This document shows positions 9,408 through 18,128 of a stretch of DNA of 32,000 nt, piece by piece (the first letter of the stretch is position 1; every line of letters starts with the position of its first letter). The stretch is from Bacillus subtilis subsp. subtilis str. 168 (lineage in GTDB: Bacteria > Bacillota > Bacilli > Bacillales > Bacillaceae). The notes under the pieces are model-generated. The model worked only from the letters and a program-made list of their open reading frames with translations. It was not told the origin of the DNA and did not search any database. The DNA lies in contig NC_000964.3 in NCBI RefSeq assembly GCF_000009045.1, positions 510,001-542,000 on the forward strand. The letters run 5' to 3'. A program made the position numbers and the translations under genes.

Positions 9408-10232
9408 TTGATGTCGAACCAGACTGTATACCAGTTCATTGCCGAAAATCAAAATGAACTGCTCCAACTGTGGACTGACACACTAAAAGAATTAAGCGAG
9501 CAAGAATCCTATCAGCTGACTGACCAAGTGTATGAAAATATATCTAAAGAATATATCGACATTCTGCTGCTGTCTGTTAAGGACGAAAATGCTGCTGAAA
9601 GCCAAATCAGCGAACTGGCGCTTCGAGCGGTCCAAATCGGACTGTCTATGAAGTTTTTGGCTACTGCACTTGCCGAATTCTGGAAGCGTCTCTACACGAA
9701 AATGAATGATAAGAGATTGCCAGATCAAGAGAGCACGGAATTAATCTGGCAGATTGATCGCTTTTTCAGCCCGATTAACACAGAAATTTTTAATCAATAC
9801 TCAATCTCATGGGAAAAAACAGTATCCCTGCAAAAAATCGCGCTGCAAGAGCTGTCTGCGCCGCTTATCCCGGTGTTTGAAAATATCACTGTGATGCCTC
9901 TTGTCGGAACAATTGATACCGAACGCGCGAAACGAATTATGGAAAACCTTCTTAATGGCGTCGTCAAACACCGTTCCCAAGTCGTGCTGATTGACATTAC
10001 AGGTGTCCCTGTCGTCGATACGATGGTTGCCCATCATATTATTCAGGCATCAGAAGCTGTAAGGCTTGTCGGAGCAAAATGCCTGCTGGCCGGAATCCGT
10101 CCGGAAATTGCTCAAACAATCGTCAACCTGGGGATTGATTTATCCCAAGTTATAACTAAGAATACCCTGCAAAAAGGAATTCAAACAGCATTGGAAATGA
10201 CGGATCGAAAAATCGTTTCATTGGGGGAATAA
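9408..10232 (+). CDS. rsbRA: stressosome co-antagonist RsbRA (non-heme globin N-domain plus STAS)
   Basis: 274 aa with a C-terminal STAS domain ([25 protein letters not shown]). It is the first gene of the canonical rsb cluster. Confidence 0.92.
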   Translation: MMSNQTVYQFIAENQNELLQLWTDTLKELSEQESYQLTDQVYENISKEYIDILLLSVKDENAAESQISELALRAVQIGLSMKFLATALAEFWKRLYTKMNDKRLPDQESTELIWQIDRFFSPINTEIFNQYSISWEKTVSLQKIALQELSAPLIPVFENITVMPLVGTIDTERAKRIMENLLNGVVKHRSQVVLIDITGVPVVDTMVAHHIIQASEAVRLVGAKCLLAGIRPEIAQTIVNLGIDLSQVITKNTLQKGIQTALEMTDRKIVSLGE

Positions 10233-10236
10233 CATT

Positions 10237-10602
10237 TTGAGACATCCGAAAATCCCGATCTTGAAACTGTATAATTGCTTATTAGTGTCCATTCAGTGGG
10301 AACTTGATGACCAGACAGCATTAACTTTTCAAGAAGACTTATTAAATAAAATATACGAAACAGGTGCTAACGGAGTCGTCATTGACCTGACATCTGTGGA
10401 TATGATTGATTCATTTATCGCGAAAGTGCTGGGGGACGTCATTACAATGTCTAAGTTAATGGGGGCTAAAGTCGTCTTGACCGGCATTCAGCCCGCTGTG
10501 GCAGTGACGCTGATTGAACTTGGAATCGCGCTTGAGGAAATCGAAACTGCGCTCGACTTAGAGCAGGGGCTTGAGACATTGAAGCGGGAATTGGGGGAAT
10601 AG
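10237..10602 (+). CDS. rsbS: stressosome antagonist RsbS (STAS)
   Basis: A 121-aa single STAS domain ([13 protein letters not shown]). Its position between rsbR and rsbT fits. Confidence 0.92.
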
Positions 10603-10605
10603 CGA

Positions 10606-11007
10606 ATGAACGACCAATCCTGTGTAAGAATCATGACAGAATGGGATATTGTGGCCGCCAGACAGCTGGGACGAAACGTTGCGAAAGAACTGGGTTTCGG
10701 CACGGTAGACCAGGCTAGAATTACAACGGCTATTTCAGAATTAGCCAGGAATATTTATTTATATGCCGGCAAAGGGCAGATTGGAATTGAACAGGTCGCA
10801 GACAGAGGAAAAAAAGGCCTGAAAATCATAGCGGAAGACCAAGGGCCGGGAATTCCTGATATCCGAAAAGTCATGGAAGACGGGTTTTCAACGTCTGGAG
10901 GACTTGGTGCGGGACTTCCCGGGGTCAAAAGGCTGATGGATGAATTCAGCTTAAATTCCGTAGCGGGGGAAGGAACAGAGATACAAGCCATCAAATGGCT
11001 TCGGTAG
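10606..11007 (+). CDS. rsbT: serine kinase / switch protein RsbT (GHKL ATPase fold)
   Basis: 133 aa with an HATPase N-box (ELARNIYLYA) and a G-box (GLGAGLPG). Confidence 0.92.
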   Translation: MNDQSCVRIMTEWDIVAARQLGRNVAKELGFGTVDQARITTAISELARNIYLYAGKGQIGIEQVADRGKKGLKIIAEDQGPGIPDIRKVMEDGFSTSGGLGAGLPGVKRLMDEFSLNSVAGEGTEIQAIKWLR

Positions 11008-11018
11008 GAGGTAAGAAC

Positions 11019-12026
11019 GTGGATTTTAGGGAGGTTATTGAGCAGCGGTATCATCAGCTGCTTAGTCGATATATAGCCGAATTAACAGAAACATCTTTAT
11101 ATCAAGCCCAAAAATTCAGCCGAAAAACAATCGAGCACCAAATTCCTCCGGAAGAAATCATCAGCATTCACAGAAAAGTGCTGAAGGAGCTGTATCCAAG
11201 TCTCCCGGAAGATGTGTTTCATTCGCTGGATTTTTTAATAGAAGTCATGATTGGCTATGGAATGGCTTATCAGGAGCATCAAACCCTTAGAGGGATACAG
11301 CAGGAAATCAAATCAGAAATTGAAATCGCGGCAAATGTCCAGCAGACGCTTCTCGGAACTAAAGTTCCTCAGGAGGAAGCGCTGGATATCGGCGCCATCA
11401 GTGTTCCCGCTAAACAGATGAGCGGTGATTACTACCACTTTGTCAAAGACAAGGAATCCATCAATATCGCAATCGCGGACGTGATCGGAAAAGGCATTCC
11501 AGCGGCTTTATGCATGTCCATGATTAAATACGCAATGGACTCTTTGCCGGAAACGGGCATACACCCTTCTCAAGTGCTGAAAAATTTGAATCGTGTTGTT
11601 GAACAAAACGTTGATGCCAGTATGTTTATTACGATGTTTTATGCGAATTACAATATGGACAAGCATCAATTTACATATGCTTCAGCGGGACATGAACCGG
11701 GATTCTATTATTCTCAAAAAGACAACACGTTTTACGATTTAGAGGCCAAAGGACTCGTTCTCGGCATCTCGCAGGACTATGACTACAAACAATTCGATCA
11801 GCATCTGGAAAAGGGCGATATGATTGTTTTATTTTCTGACGGCGTCACAGAATGCAGAACGGAAAACGGTTTCTTGGAGCGTCCTGATCTGCAGAAGCTC
11901 ATTGAGGAACATATGTGTTCCTCTGCGCAGGAAATGGTCAAAAACATTTATGACAGCCTCCTCAAATTGCAGGATTTTCAGCTTCACGATGATTTTACGT
12001 TAATTGTTTTGCGGAGAAAGGTTTAA
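11019..12026 (+). CDS. rsbU: PP2C-type phosphatase RsbU
   Basis: GTG at 11019 after GGTAGGAGGTAAG gives MDFREVIEQRY, 335 aa. The C-terminal PP2C/SpoIIE domain is present (DVIGKGIPAAL, SDGVTE). The ORF-track start at 10995 overlaps the end of rsbT and lacks an RBS. Confidence 0.9.
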   Translation: MDFREVIEQRYHQLLSRYIAELTETSLYQAQKFSRKTIEHQIPPEEIISIHRKVLKELYPSLPEDVFHSLDFLIEVMIGYGMAYQEHQTLRGIQQEIKSEIEIAANVQQTLLGTKVPQEEALDIGAISVPAKQMSGDYYHFVKDKESINIAIADVIGKGIPAALCMSMIKYAMDSLPETGIHPSQVLKNLNRVVEQNVDASMFITMFYANYNMDKHQFTYASAGHEPGFYYSQKDNTFYDLEAKGLVLGISQDYDYKQFDQHLEKGDMIVLFSDGVTECRTENGFLERPDLQKLIEEHMCSSAQEMVKNIYDSLLKLQDFQLHDDFTLIVLRRKV

Positions 12027-12046
12027 CGTCTGTCAGACGAGGGTAT
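12021..12046 (+). promoter_or_regulatory. SigB-dependent internal promoter (PB) upstream of rsbV
   Basis: GTTTAA (12021-12026), a 14-nt spacer, then GGGTAT (12041-12046), which is an exact SigB consensus. The -35 element contains the rsbU stop codon. Confidence 0.9.
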
Positions 12047-12087
12047 AAAGCAACTAGTGATTTGAAGGAAAATTTGAGGTGATACGA

Positions 12088-12417
12088 ATGAATATAAATG
12101 TTGATGTGAAGCAAAACGAGAATGATATACAAGTAAACATTGCAGGAGAAATTGATGTATACTCAGCCCCGGTGCTTAGAGAGAAGCTCGTTCCTCTGGC
12201 AGAACAAGGAGCTGACTTAAGAATTTGCCTGAAAGATGTCAGCTACATGGACAGTACCGGATTGGGCGTTTTTGTAGGGACCTTTAAAATGGTGAAAAAA
12301 CAAGGTGGTTCGCTGAAACTTGAAAATCTTTCTGAACGGCTGATCCGACTGTTTGACATTACAGGCTTGAAGGACATCATTGATATTTCTGCAAAGTCAG
12401 AAGGTGGAGTGCAATGA
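12088..12417 (+). CDS. rsbV: anti-anti-sigma factor RsbV (STAS)
   Basis: ATG at 12088 lies 7 nt after GAGGTG and gives 109 aa. The phosphorylatable-serine motif region [11 protein letters not shown] is present. Confidence 0.92.
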   Translation: MNINVDVKQNENDIQVNIAGEIDVYSAPVLREKLVPLAEQGADLRICLKDVSYMDSTGLGVFVGTFKMVKKQGGSLKLENLSERLIRLFDITGLKDIIDISAKSEGGVQ

Positions 12418-12896
12418 AGAATAATGCTGATTACATCGAAATGAAAGTGCCGGCCCAACCTGAATATGTGGGAATTATAAGACTGACGCTGTCAGGGGTC
12501 GCAAGCAGAATGGGCTATACGTACGATGAAATTGAAGACTTGAAAATCGCAGTCAGTGAGGCGTGCACAAATGCGGTTCAGCACGCTTACAAAGAAGATA
12601 AAAATGGGGAAGTGTCAATACGATTCGGTGTGTTTGAAGACCGTTTAGAGGTTATTGTGGCGGATGAAGGAGACAGCTTTGACTTTGATCAAAAGCAGCA
12701 GGATCTAGGGCCGTACACACCTTCGCACACAGTTGATCAATTATCAGAAGGAGGGCTCGGTCTATATTTAATGGAAACGCTCATGGATGAAGTCAGAGTG
12801 CAAAACCACTCCGGCGTCACCGTAGCGATGACAAAGTATTTAAATGGGGAGCGAGTTGATCATGACACAACCATCAAAAACTACGAAACTAACTAA
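12414..12896 (+). CDS. rsbW: anti-sigma-B factor / serine kinase RsbW
   Basis: 160 aa with a GHKL N-box ([11 protein letters not shown]) and a G-box (GGLGLYLM). It overlaps rsbV by ATGA. Confidence 0.93.
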   Translation: MKNNADYIEMKVPAQPEYVGIIRLTLSGVASRMGYTYDEIEDLKIAVSEACTNAVQHAYKEDKNGEVSIRFGVFEDRLEVIVADEGDSFDFDQKQQDLGPYTPSHTVDQLSEGGLGLYLMETLMDEVRVQNHSGVTVAMTKYLNGERVDHDTTIKNYETN

Positions 12897-13650
12897 AGAT
12901 GAAGTCGATCGGCTCATAAGCGATTACCAAACAAAGCAAGATGAACAAGCGCAGGAAACGCTTGTGCGGGTGTATACAAATCTGGTTGACATGCTTGCGA
13001 AAAAATACTCAAAAGGCAAAAGCTTCCACGAGGATCTCCGCCAGGTCGGCATGATCGGGCTGCTAGGCGCGATTAAGCGATACGATCCTGTTGTCGGCAA
13101 ATCGTTTGAAGCTTTTGCAATCCCGACAATCATCGGTGAAATTAAACGTTTCCTCAGAGATAAAACATGGAGCGTTCATGTGCCGAGACGAATTAAAGAA
13201 CTCGGTCCAAGAATCAAAATGGCGGTTGATCAGCTGACCACTGAAACACAAAGATCGCCGAAAGTCGAAGAGATTGCCGAATTCCTCGATGTTTCTGAAG
13301 AAGAGGTTCTTGAAACGATGGAAATGGGCAAAAGCTATCAAGCCTTATCCGTTGACCACAGCATTGAAGCGGATTCGGACGGAAGCACTGTCACGATTCT
13401 TGATATCGTCGGATCACAGGAGGACGGATATGAGCGGGTCAACCAGCAATTGATGCTGCAAAGCGTGCTTCATGTCCTTTCAGACCGTGAGAAACAAATC
13501 ATAGACCTTACGTATATTCAAAACAAAAGCCAAAAAGAAACTGGGGACATTCTCGGTATATCTCAAATGCACGTCTCGCGCTTGCAACGCAAAGCTGTGA
13601 AGAAGCTCAGAGAGGCCTTGATTGAAGATCCCTCGATGGAGTTAATGTAA
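12862..13650 (+). CDS. sigB: general stress RNA polymerase sigma factor SigB
   Basis: Sigma-70 region 2 (DLRQVGMIGLLGAIKRYD), region 3 and the region 4 HTH (SQKETGDILGISQMHVSRLQRKA). The start is ATG 12862 (262 aa) or TTG 12856. It overlaps the rsbW 3' end. Confidence 0.9.
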   Translation: MTQPSKTTKLTKDEVDRLISDYQTKQDEQAQETLVRVYTNLVDMLAKKYSKGKSFHEDLRQVGMIGLLGAIKRYDPVVGKSFEAFAIPTIIGEIKRFLRDKTWSVHVPRRIKELGPRIKMAVDQLTTETQRSPKVEEIAEFLDVSEEEVLETMEMGKSYQALSVDHSIEADSDGSTVTILDIVGSQEDGYERVNQQLMLQSVLHVLSDREKQIIDLTYIQNKSQKETGDILGISQMHVSRLQRKAVKKLREALIEDPSMELM

Positions 13651-14249
13651 TGATCCAGGTTGAAGAAAACGAGCATATTCAAACTCTAGTATATCAACTG
13701 AATAAAGAAGGGAAATCGATTTGCGGTGACAGTTTTTTTATGAAAGCTGATGATAAGGAGTTAATTTGCGCGGTTGCTGACGGACTGGGAAGTGGATCAC
13801 TTGCTAACGAATCCTCTGCAGCCATCAAAGACTTAGTGGAAAACTATGCGAGTGAAGACGTAGAAAGCATTATCGAACGCTGTAATCAGGCGATGAAAAA
13901 CAAAAGAGGCGCTACAGCATCTATCCTGAAAATCAATTTTGAGCAAAGGCAGTTTACGTACTGCTCTGTCGGAAATGTACGGTTTATTCTGCATTCCCCG
14001 TCTGGTGAAAGCTTTTATCCTCTGCCGATTTCGGGCTATTTATCAGGCAAGCCGCAAAAATACAAAACGCACACCGCCACCTATGAAAAGGGTTCAAAGT
14101 TCATTATACATACAGATGGACTCAACGTACCTGATATCCGCTCCCATTTGAAAAAAGGCCAATCGGTAGAAGAAATATCGAATTCGCTGAAAATGTATAC
14201 GACATCGAGAAAAGATGACCTGACCTATATTCTCGGACAGCTGTCCTAA
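13650..14249 (+). CDS. rsbX: PP2C-type feedback phosphatase RsbX
   Basis: 199 aa with PP2C-like motifs (VADGLGSG, HTDGL). It has a TAATG overlap with the sigB stop. Confidence 0.9.
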   Translation: MIQVEENEHIQTLVYQLNKEGKSICGDSFFMKADDKELICAVADGLGSGSLANESSAAIKDLVENYASEDVESIIERCNQAMKNKRGATASILKINFEQRQFTYCSVGNVRFILHSPSGESFYPLPISGYLSGKPQKYKTHTATYEKGSKFIIHTDGLNVPDIRSHLKKGQSVEEISNSLKMYTTSRKDDLTYILGQLS

Positions 14250-14258
14250 AAAACCAGA

Positions 14259-14290
14259 AAAAGAAGCTGGACATCCGGCTTCTTTTTTTT
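14259..14290 (+). terminator. Rho-independent terminator of the sigB operon
   Basis: AAGAAGCTGG (14261-14270), loop ACAT, CCGGCTTCTT (14275-14284), running into T8. Confidence 0.85.
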
Positions 14291-14294
14291 GCGG

Positions 14295-14324
14295 TTGACT
14301 ATTAATAAGTGCGCTTATTATAAT
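14295..14324 (+). promoter_or_regulatory. SigA-type promoter of ydcF-ydcG-ydcH
   Basis: TTGACT (14295-14300), an 18-nt spacer, then TATAAT (14319-14324). Confidence 0.65.
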
Positions 14325-14340
14325 TAATAAGTGAACTTAT
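14302..14340. promoter_or_regulatory. tandem 17-bp operator-like repeats, each an ATAAG-N4-CTTAT palindrome, overlapping the ydcF promoter
   Basis: TTAATAAGTGCGCTTAT (14302-14318) and TTAATAAGTGAACTTAT (14324-14340) share 15 of 17 positions and are spaced 22 bp apart. They flank and overlap the -10 element. The operon encodes a MarR-family protein. Confidence 0.6.
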
Positions 14341-14491
14341 CATTCTGGGAGCTTATGGGATGTGGAATTATGAATACACAGCGATAGCTGATGTGGATGT
14401 GGGAAAACCTGGAACTGTTATCAGGAAACAGAAACAATGGATCAATGGGAGACGGGTATTGCATCAGATTCTTTGAAAGGACAATTTCAAA

Positions 14492-14785
14492 ATGGAACGG
14501 AAGGAACATTGCTTCTGCAAGGAAAAACAATTCTCTTATGGCTTGAGCATGTGGAGAAACATCGGGCGTTTTCTGTCATGGTCAACATGCCCGCATAGCA
14601 ATGTAATAATGGAGTTTTTTCACGTGCTTCAAAAGCAAAAAGAAGATTTGTGTATCACATATGGAATTGTATTAGAAGGCGCTGAAGCAAAAAAGTGGGG
14701 AGAAATCATTGGGACTGAACTGTCTAAAGACATGCCGACGGCTGTCAGCAGGCTTGTCCATCTTTACGGAGGAGTGATAAAATGA
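14492..14785 (+). CDS. ydcF: hypothetical small protein YdcF (start uncertain)
   Basis: A 97-aa ORF with an ATGA overlap to ydcG. There is no convincing RBS at 14492, and the N-terminal third is Cys/Trp-rich and looks non-protein-like. An internal ATG near 14609 (MEFFHVLQ) is an alternative start. Confidence 0.5.
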   Translation: MERKEHCFCKEKQFSYGLSMWRNIGRFLSWSTCPHSNVIMEFFHVLQKQKEDLCITYGIVLEGAEAKKWGEIIGTELSKDMPTAVSRLVHLYGGVIK

Positions 14786-15222
14786 ACACAAATTACTGGA
14801 TCGGCGTTGTGTCAGAGCAACATGTATTAAAAGGCGCTGCCGGCGGTTTTGCACAGCTGTGCCATGGAAAAAAAGCCCCGCTCGCCAAAATGAAAGAGGG
14901 AGATTGGCTGATTTATTATTCTCCGAGAGACGCATATCCAGACGGCAAACTGCTGCGAAGCTTTACTGCGATCGGCAAAGTAAAAAGCGGAAACATCTAT
15001 CCGTATCAAATGGCTCCGAATTTTATTCCATACCGATTAGATATAGACTATTATCCATGCCATAAAATCGGTTTTTACGACATTAAATCAAAGCTTGAAT
15101 TTGTTCAGGAAACCAAGCATCTTGGCTTTTTATTTCGCAGAGGACACTTTGAAATAAGCAAAAAAGATTTTTTGACAATAGCACAAGCGATGGGAGTTAA
15201 CATAAGTGGAATGGCACTCTAA
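14782..15222 (+). CDS. ydcG: EVE (PUA-like) domain protein YdcG, UPF0310 family
   Basis: 146 aa. RBS GGAGGAG lies 7 nt upstream. The N-terminus NYWIGVVSEQHV and the GDWLIYYSP motif are typical of EVE/ASCH-like PUA-fold proteins (family assignment from memory). Confidence 0.8.
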   Translation: MNTNYWIGVVSEQHVLKGAAGGFAQLCHGKKAPLAKMKEGDWLIYYSPRDAYPDGKLLRSFTAIGKVKSGNIYPYQMAPNFIPYRLDIDYYPCHKIGFYDIKSKLEFVQETKHLGFLFRRGHFEISKKDFLTIAQAMGVNISGMAL

Positions 15223-15649
15223 ATTTAGCGGTCCGAACACAAGCCCGGGCTTTTTATTATGGCAGGCCACGCAAAGTTGGCAGCGGAAAGTAGGAAAAGC
15301 ATTGGCTGAGTTTGACCTGACCCACGTTCAATTTGTTCTGCTGACCTCGTGCAAGTATATGATTGCTCACGGAGAAACCGTCACGCAAAAAAAACTTGCA
15401 AGCTTCAGCCAGACCAATATCATGATGGTTTCGGAGGTTGTGCGGACGCTTGAGAAAAAAGGATTTATCGAAAGAAGCAAAAATCCCCAGGATAAAAGAG
15501 AGGTCCTCCTGTCTCTTACAGAAATAGGAGGAGAAAAAGTAACAGCGGCTTTGCCAATTGTTGAGAAGATTGATCAAGCCTTCTTTGCAGCTGCGATGAA
15601 AAAAGAGAATTTTCTGAGCGGCTTACAGGAACTATTGAAACATGAGTAA
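15206..15649 (+). CDS. ydcH: MarR-family transcriptional regulator YdcH
   Basis: 147 aa with a GTG start overlapping ydcG by 17 nt. A winged-HTH region is present (TQKKLASFSQTNIMMVSEVVRTLEKKGFIER). Confidence 0.85.
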   Translation: MEWHSKFSGPNTSPGFLLWQATQSWQRKVGKALAEFDLTHVQFVLLTSCKYMIAHGETVTQKKLASFSQTNIMMVSEVVRTLEKKGFIERSKNPQDKREVLLSLTEIGGEKVTAALPIVEKIDQAFFAAAMKKENFLSGLQELLKHE

Positions 15650-15655
15650 AGATAC

Positions 15656-15680
15656 GGGCAGCGCCAGCTGTCTTTTTTTA
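15656..15680 (+). terminator. weak terminator-like hairpin after ydcH
   Basis: CAGC (15659-15662) / GCTG (15667-15670) extended by G-U and G-C pairs, then T7. Confidence 0.45.
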
Positions 15681-15742
15681 TGTGTTTTTTTCGGTTTTTG
15701 ATACACTAGAGAAAGAACGACAAAATTGGAGGCTTTGGTTAC

Positions 15743-17902
15743 ATGGAAACGTCAGCCCTTTTAAAACAGCAAATTGCGAAAGAAATAGGTTTATCACAAA
15801 AACACGTTGAAAGTGTCATCCGCCTGCTTGAGGACGGCAATACAGTCCCGTTTATTGCCCGGTATCGAAAAGAGCAGACGGGTTCAATGGATGAGGTTCA
15901 GATTCAGACGATTTCTGAACGCTGGCAATACATACAAAACCTGAATCAGCGAAAAGAAGAAGTCATCAGGCTGATTGCAGAGCAGGATAAACTGACAGAT
16001 AATCTAAAACGTAAAATCGAGCAATCGGTGAAGCTTCAGGAAGTGGAAGACCTTTACCGCCCTTATAAACAAAAACGTAAAACAAAGGCGACAGTCGCCA
16101 AAAGCAAAGGCCTTGAGCCGCTTGCCGACTATATCCTGACACTTCCCCAAGATGATCATCTGGCAGCAACTGCAGACCAATACATCAGCGAAGAAAAAGA
16201 AGTGTTCACACGAGAAGAAGCGATTGAAGGCGCCAAGCACATTATTGCGGAACAAATCTCAGACGAGCCGACCTTCAGAAAGTGGATTCGCCAGGAAACC
16301 TTCAAAAGAGGAACCATTAAGTCTGCAGCCGGAAAGTCGGCAGACACCGATGAGAAAAATGTGTATGAAATGTATTACGAGTATGAAGAGCCAATTGCAA
16401 AAGTTGTTCCGCATAGGGTGCTGGCAATGAACCGCGGCGAAAAAGAAGACATTTTAAAGGTAGCGATCGAACCGCCTGCGGATCACATTAAGGCGTATTT
16501 AGAAAAACAAATCATCAAAAATCGCTCAACATCCGTAAGAGAGATTTTGCAGGAGACAATTGAAGACAGCTATAAAAGGCTGATCCAGCCGGCAATCGAG
16601 CGTGAAATCAGGAAAGAGCTCTCAGAAAAAGCTGATGAACAGGCGATTCATATTTTCTCAGAGAACTTGAGAAAGCTTCTTTTGCAGCCGCCGATGAAAG
16701 GCAAAACCGTTCTCGGTGTTGACCCAGCCTTTCGAACTGGCTGTAAGCTCGCTGTGTCAGATGAGACCGGAAAAGTCTTGAAAATTGATGTGATCTATCC
16801 GCATGCGCCAGTCAACAAAACAAAAGAAGCCCATGAAAAAGTGAAAAAGATTCTTGAGCAGTATCAAGTCGAGATGGTGGCGATCGGAAACGGCACAGCA
16901 TCCAGAGAAACAGAGCAATTCATCGTCAATGTACTCAGAGACATGCCGCGCAAAATTTATTATGTGATCGTCAATGAAGCGGGAGCAAGCGTCTATTCGG
17001 CTTCAGAGCTTGCCAGAGAAGAATTCCCTGACCTTAAGGTTGAAGAGCGCAGTGCCGTATCTATTGCTCGGAGACTTCAAGACCCGCTCGCGGAGCTCGT
17101 TAAGATCGATCCGAAGTCTGTTGGTGTCGGACAGTATCAGCATGACGTCAGCCAAAAACGCTTAAATGAATCTCTGCGGTTTGTCGTCGAAACTGTCGTA
17201 AACCAGGTTGGAGTAAACGTCAACACAGCCTCCGCCGCGCTGCTTCAATATGTAGCTGGATTATCGAAGTCTGTAGCAGGCAACGTTGTCAAAAAACGTG
17301 AGGAAATCGGAAAGTTTTCAAATCGAAAAGAACTGAAGGACATCCCAAGGTTAGGTGCGAAAACCTATGAGCAATGTATCGGTTTCTTAAGAGTGCAGGA
17401 AGGGACAGAGCCTTTGGATAGAACAGGCATCCACCCGGAAAGCTATAAAGAAACAAAAGCACTTTTGAAAAAACTCGGACTTTCAACAGAACATATCGGC
17501 ACGGCGGAATTGAAGGACAAAATCAATCAGCTGGCGCTCTCTGAAACGGCAAAAGAGCTGGGAATCGGCGAAATCACTCTGAAAGACATTTGTGAACAGC
17601 TGACAAGGCCGGAACGCGATCCACGCGATAAGGTGCCTAAGCCTTTGCTGAAAACAGACGTCCTTCAGCTGGAAGATTTGAAAGAGGGAATGGAACTGCA
17701 GGGCACCGTGCGCAATGTAGTGGACTTCGGAGCGTTTGTTGATATCGGAGTCAAACAAGACGGGCTTGTGCATATCTCAAAATTGAGCAATCAATTCGTC
17801 AAGCATCCTCTTGATGTCGTATCTGTCGGCGATATTGTGACAGTTTGGGTTGACGGCGTAGATGTACAAAAAGGCAGAGTATCGCTGTCTATGGTAAAAT
17901 AA
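15743..17902 (+). CDS. tex: Tex-like transcription accessory protein (YqgF/RuvX-like, HhH, C-terminal S1 domain)
   Basis: 719 aa with the N-terminal Tex motif (VPFIARYRKE), the YqgF-like segment (VLGVDPAFRTGCKLAV) and the C-terminal S1 domain (GTVRNVVDFGAFVDIG). Also known as ydcI. Confidence 0.92.
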   Translation: METSALLKQQIAKEIGLSQKHVESVIRLLEDGNTVPFIARYRKEQTGSMDEVQIQTISERWQYIQNLNQRKEEVIRLIAEQDKLTDNLKRKIEQSVKLQEVEDLYRPYKQKRKTKATVAKSKGLEPLADYILTLPQDDHLAATADQYISEEKEVFTREEAIEGAKHIIAEQISDEPTFRKWIRQETFKRGTIKSAAGKSADTDEKNVYEMYYEYEEPIAKVVPHRVLAMNRGEKEDILKVAIEPPADHIKAYLEKQIIKNRSTSVREILQETIEDSYKRLIQPAIEREIRKELSEKADEQAIHIFSENLRKLLLQPPMKGKTVLGVDPAFRTGCKLAVSDETGKVLKIDVIYPHAPVNKTKEAHEKVKKILEQYQVEMVAIGNGTASRETEQFIVNVLRDMPRKIYYVIVNEAGASVYSASELAREEFPDLKVEERSAVSIARRLQDPLAELVKIDPKSVGVGQYQHDVSQKRLNESLRFVVETVVNQVGVNVNTASAALLQYVAGLSKSVAGNVVKKREEIGKFSNRKELKDIPRLGAKTYEQCIGFLRVQEGTEPLDRTGIHPESYKETKALLKKLGLSTEHIGTAELKDKINQLALSETAKELGIGEITLKDICEQLTRPERDPRDKVPKPLLKTDVLQLEDLKEGMELQGTVRNVVDFGAFVDIGVKQDGLVHISKLSNQFVKHPLDVVSVGDIVTVWVDGVDVQKGRVSLSMVK

Positions 17903-17929
17903 AAGCACTGCTTACGAGCAGTGTTTTTT
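17903..17929. terminator. bidirectional terminator shared by convergent tex and cmpA
   Basis: An A-run, then stem CACTGC (17906-17911) / GCAGTG (17918-17923), then T6. The cmpA stop codon (complement of 17912-17914) lies in the loop. Confidence 0.75.
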
Positions 17930-18025
17930 CCTATAGAAATACCAGCATTGATTCAGCAGTTTAATTTGGTAATTATCTTTTTCAAGGAACGCTTTTTGCA
18001 TCTGCTTTTTAAGCCAATTTGGCAT
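17912..18025 (-). CDS. cmpA: 37-aa cortex morphogenetic protein CmpA (small ORF, below the ORF-track cutoff)
   Basis: On the minus strand, GAGGAGG is followed after 9 nt by an ATG encoding MPNWLKKQMQKAFLEKDNYQIKLLNQCWYFYRKKHCS*. The location between tex and ydcK matches my recollection of cmpA. Confidence 0.75.
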   Translation of the reverse strand: MPNWLKKQMQKAFLEKDNYQIKLLNQCWYFYRKKHCS

Positions 18026-18128
18026 AGGCTCATTCCTCCTCAGCTTTTATCATAAGAGGGACAGTGATTACCATATTGTATGCGAACGGTGAATTGTCCC
18101 GTTCAATGTTTTTTAAGTGAGGTGCACC

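Noticed and set aside
14454-14459. GGGTAT hexamer upstream of ydcF as a possible SigB -10 element.
   Set aside because: No GTTTAA-like -35 lies 12-15 nt upstream (the sequence there is ACAATG/AACAAT), so it is probably a chance hexamer.
14391-14546. 51-codon ORF (MWMWENLELLSG...) in the ydcF leader.
   Set aside because: It has no RBS and an odd composition, and it overlaps the annotated ydcF start in another frame.
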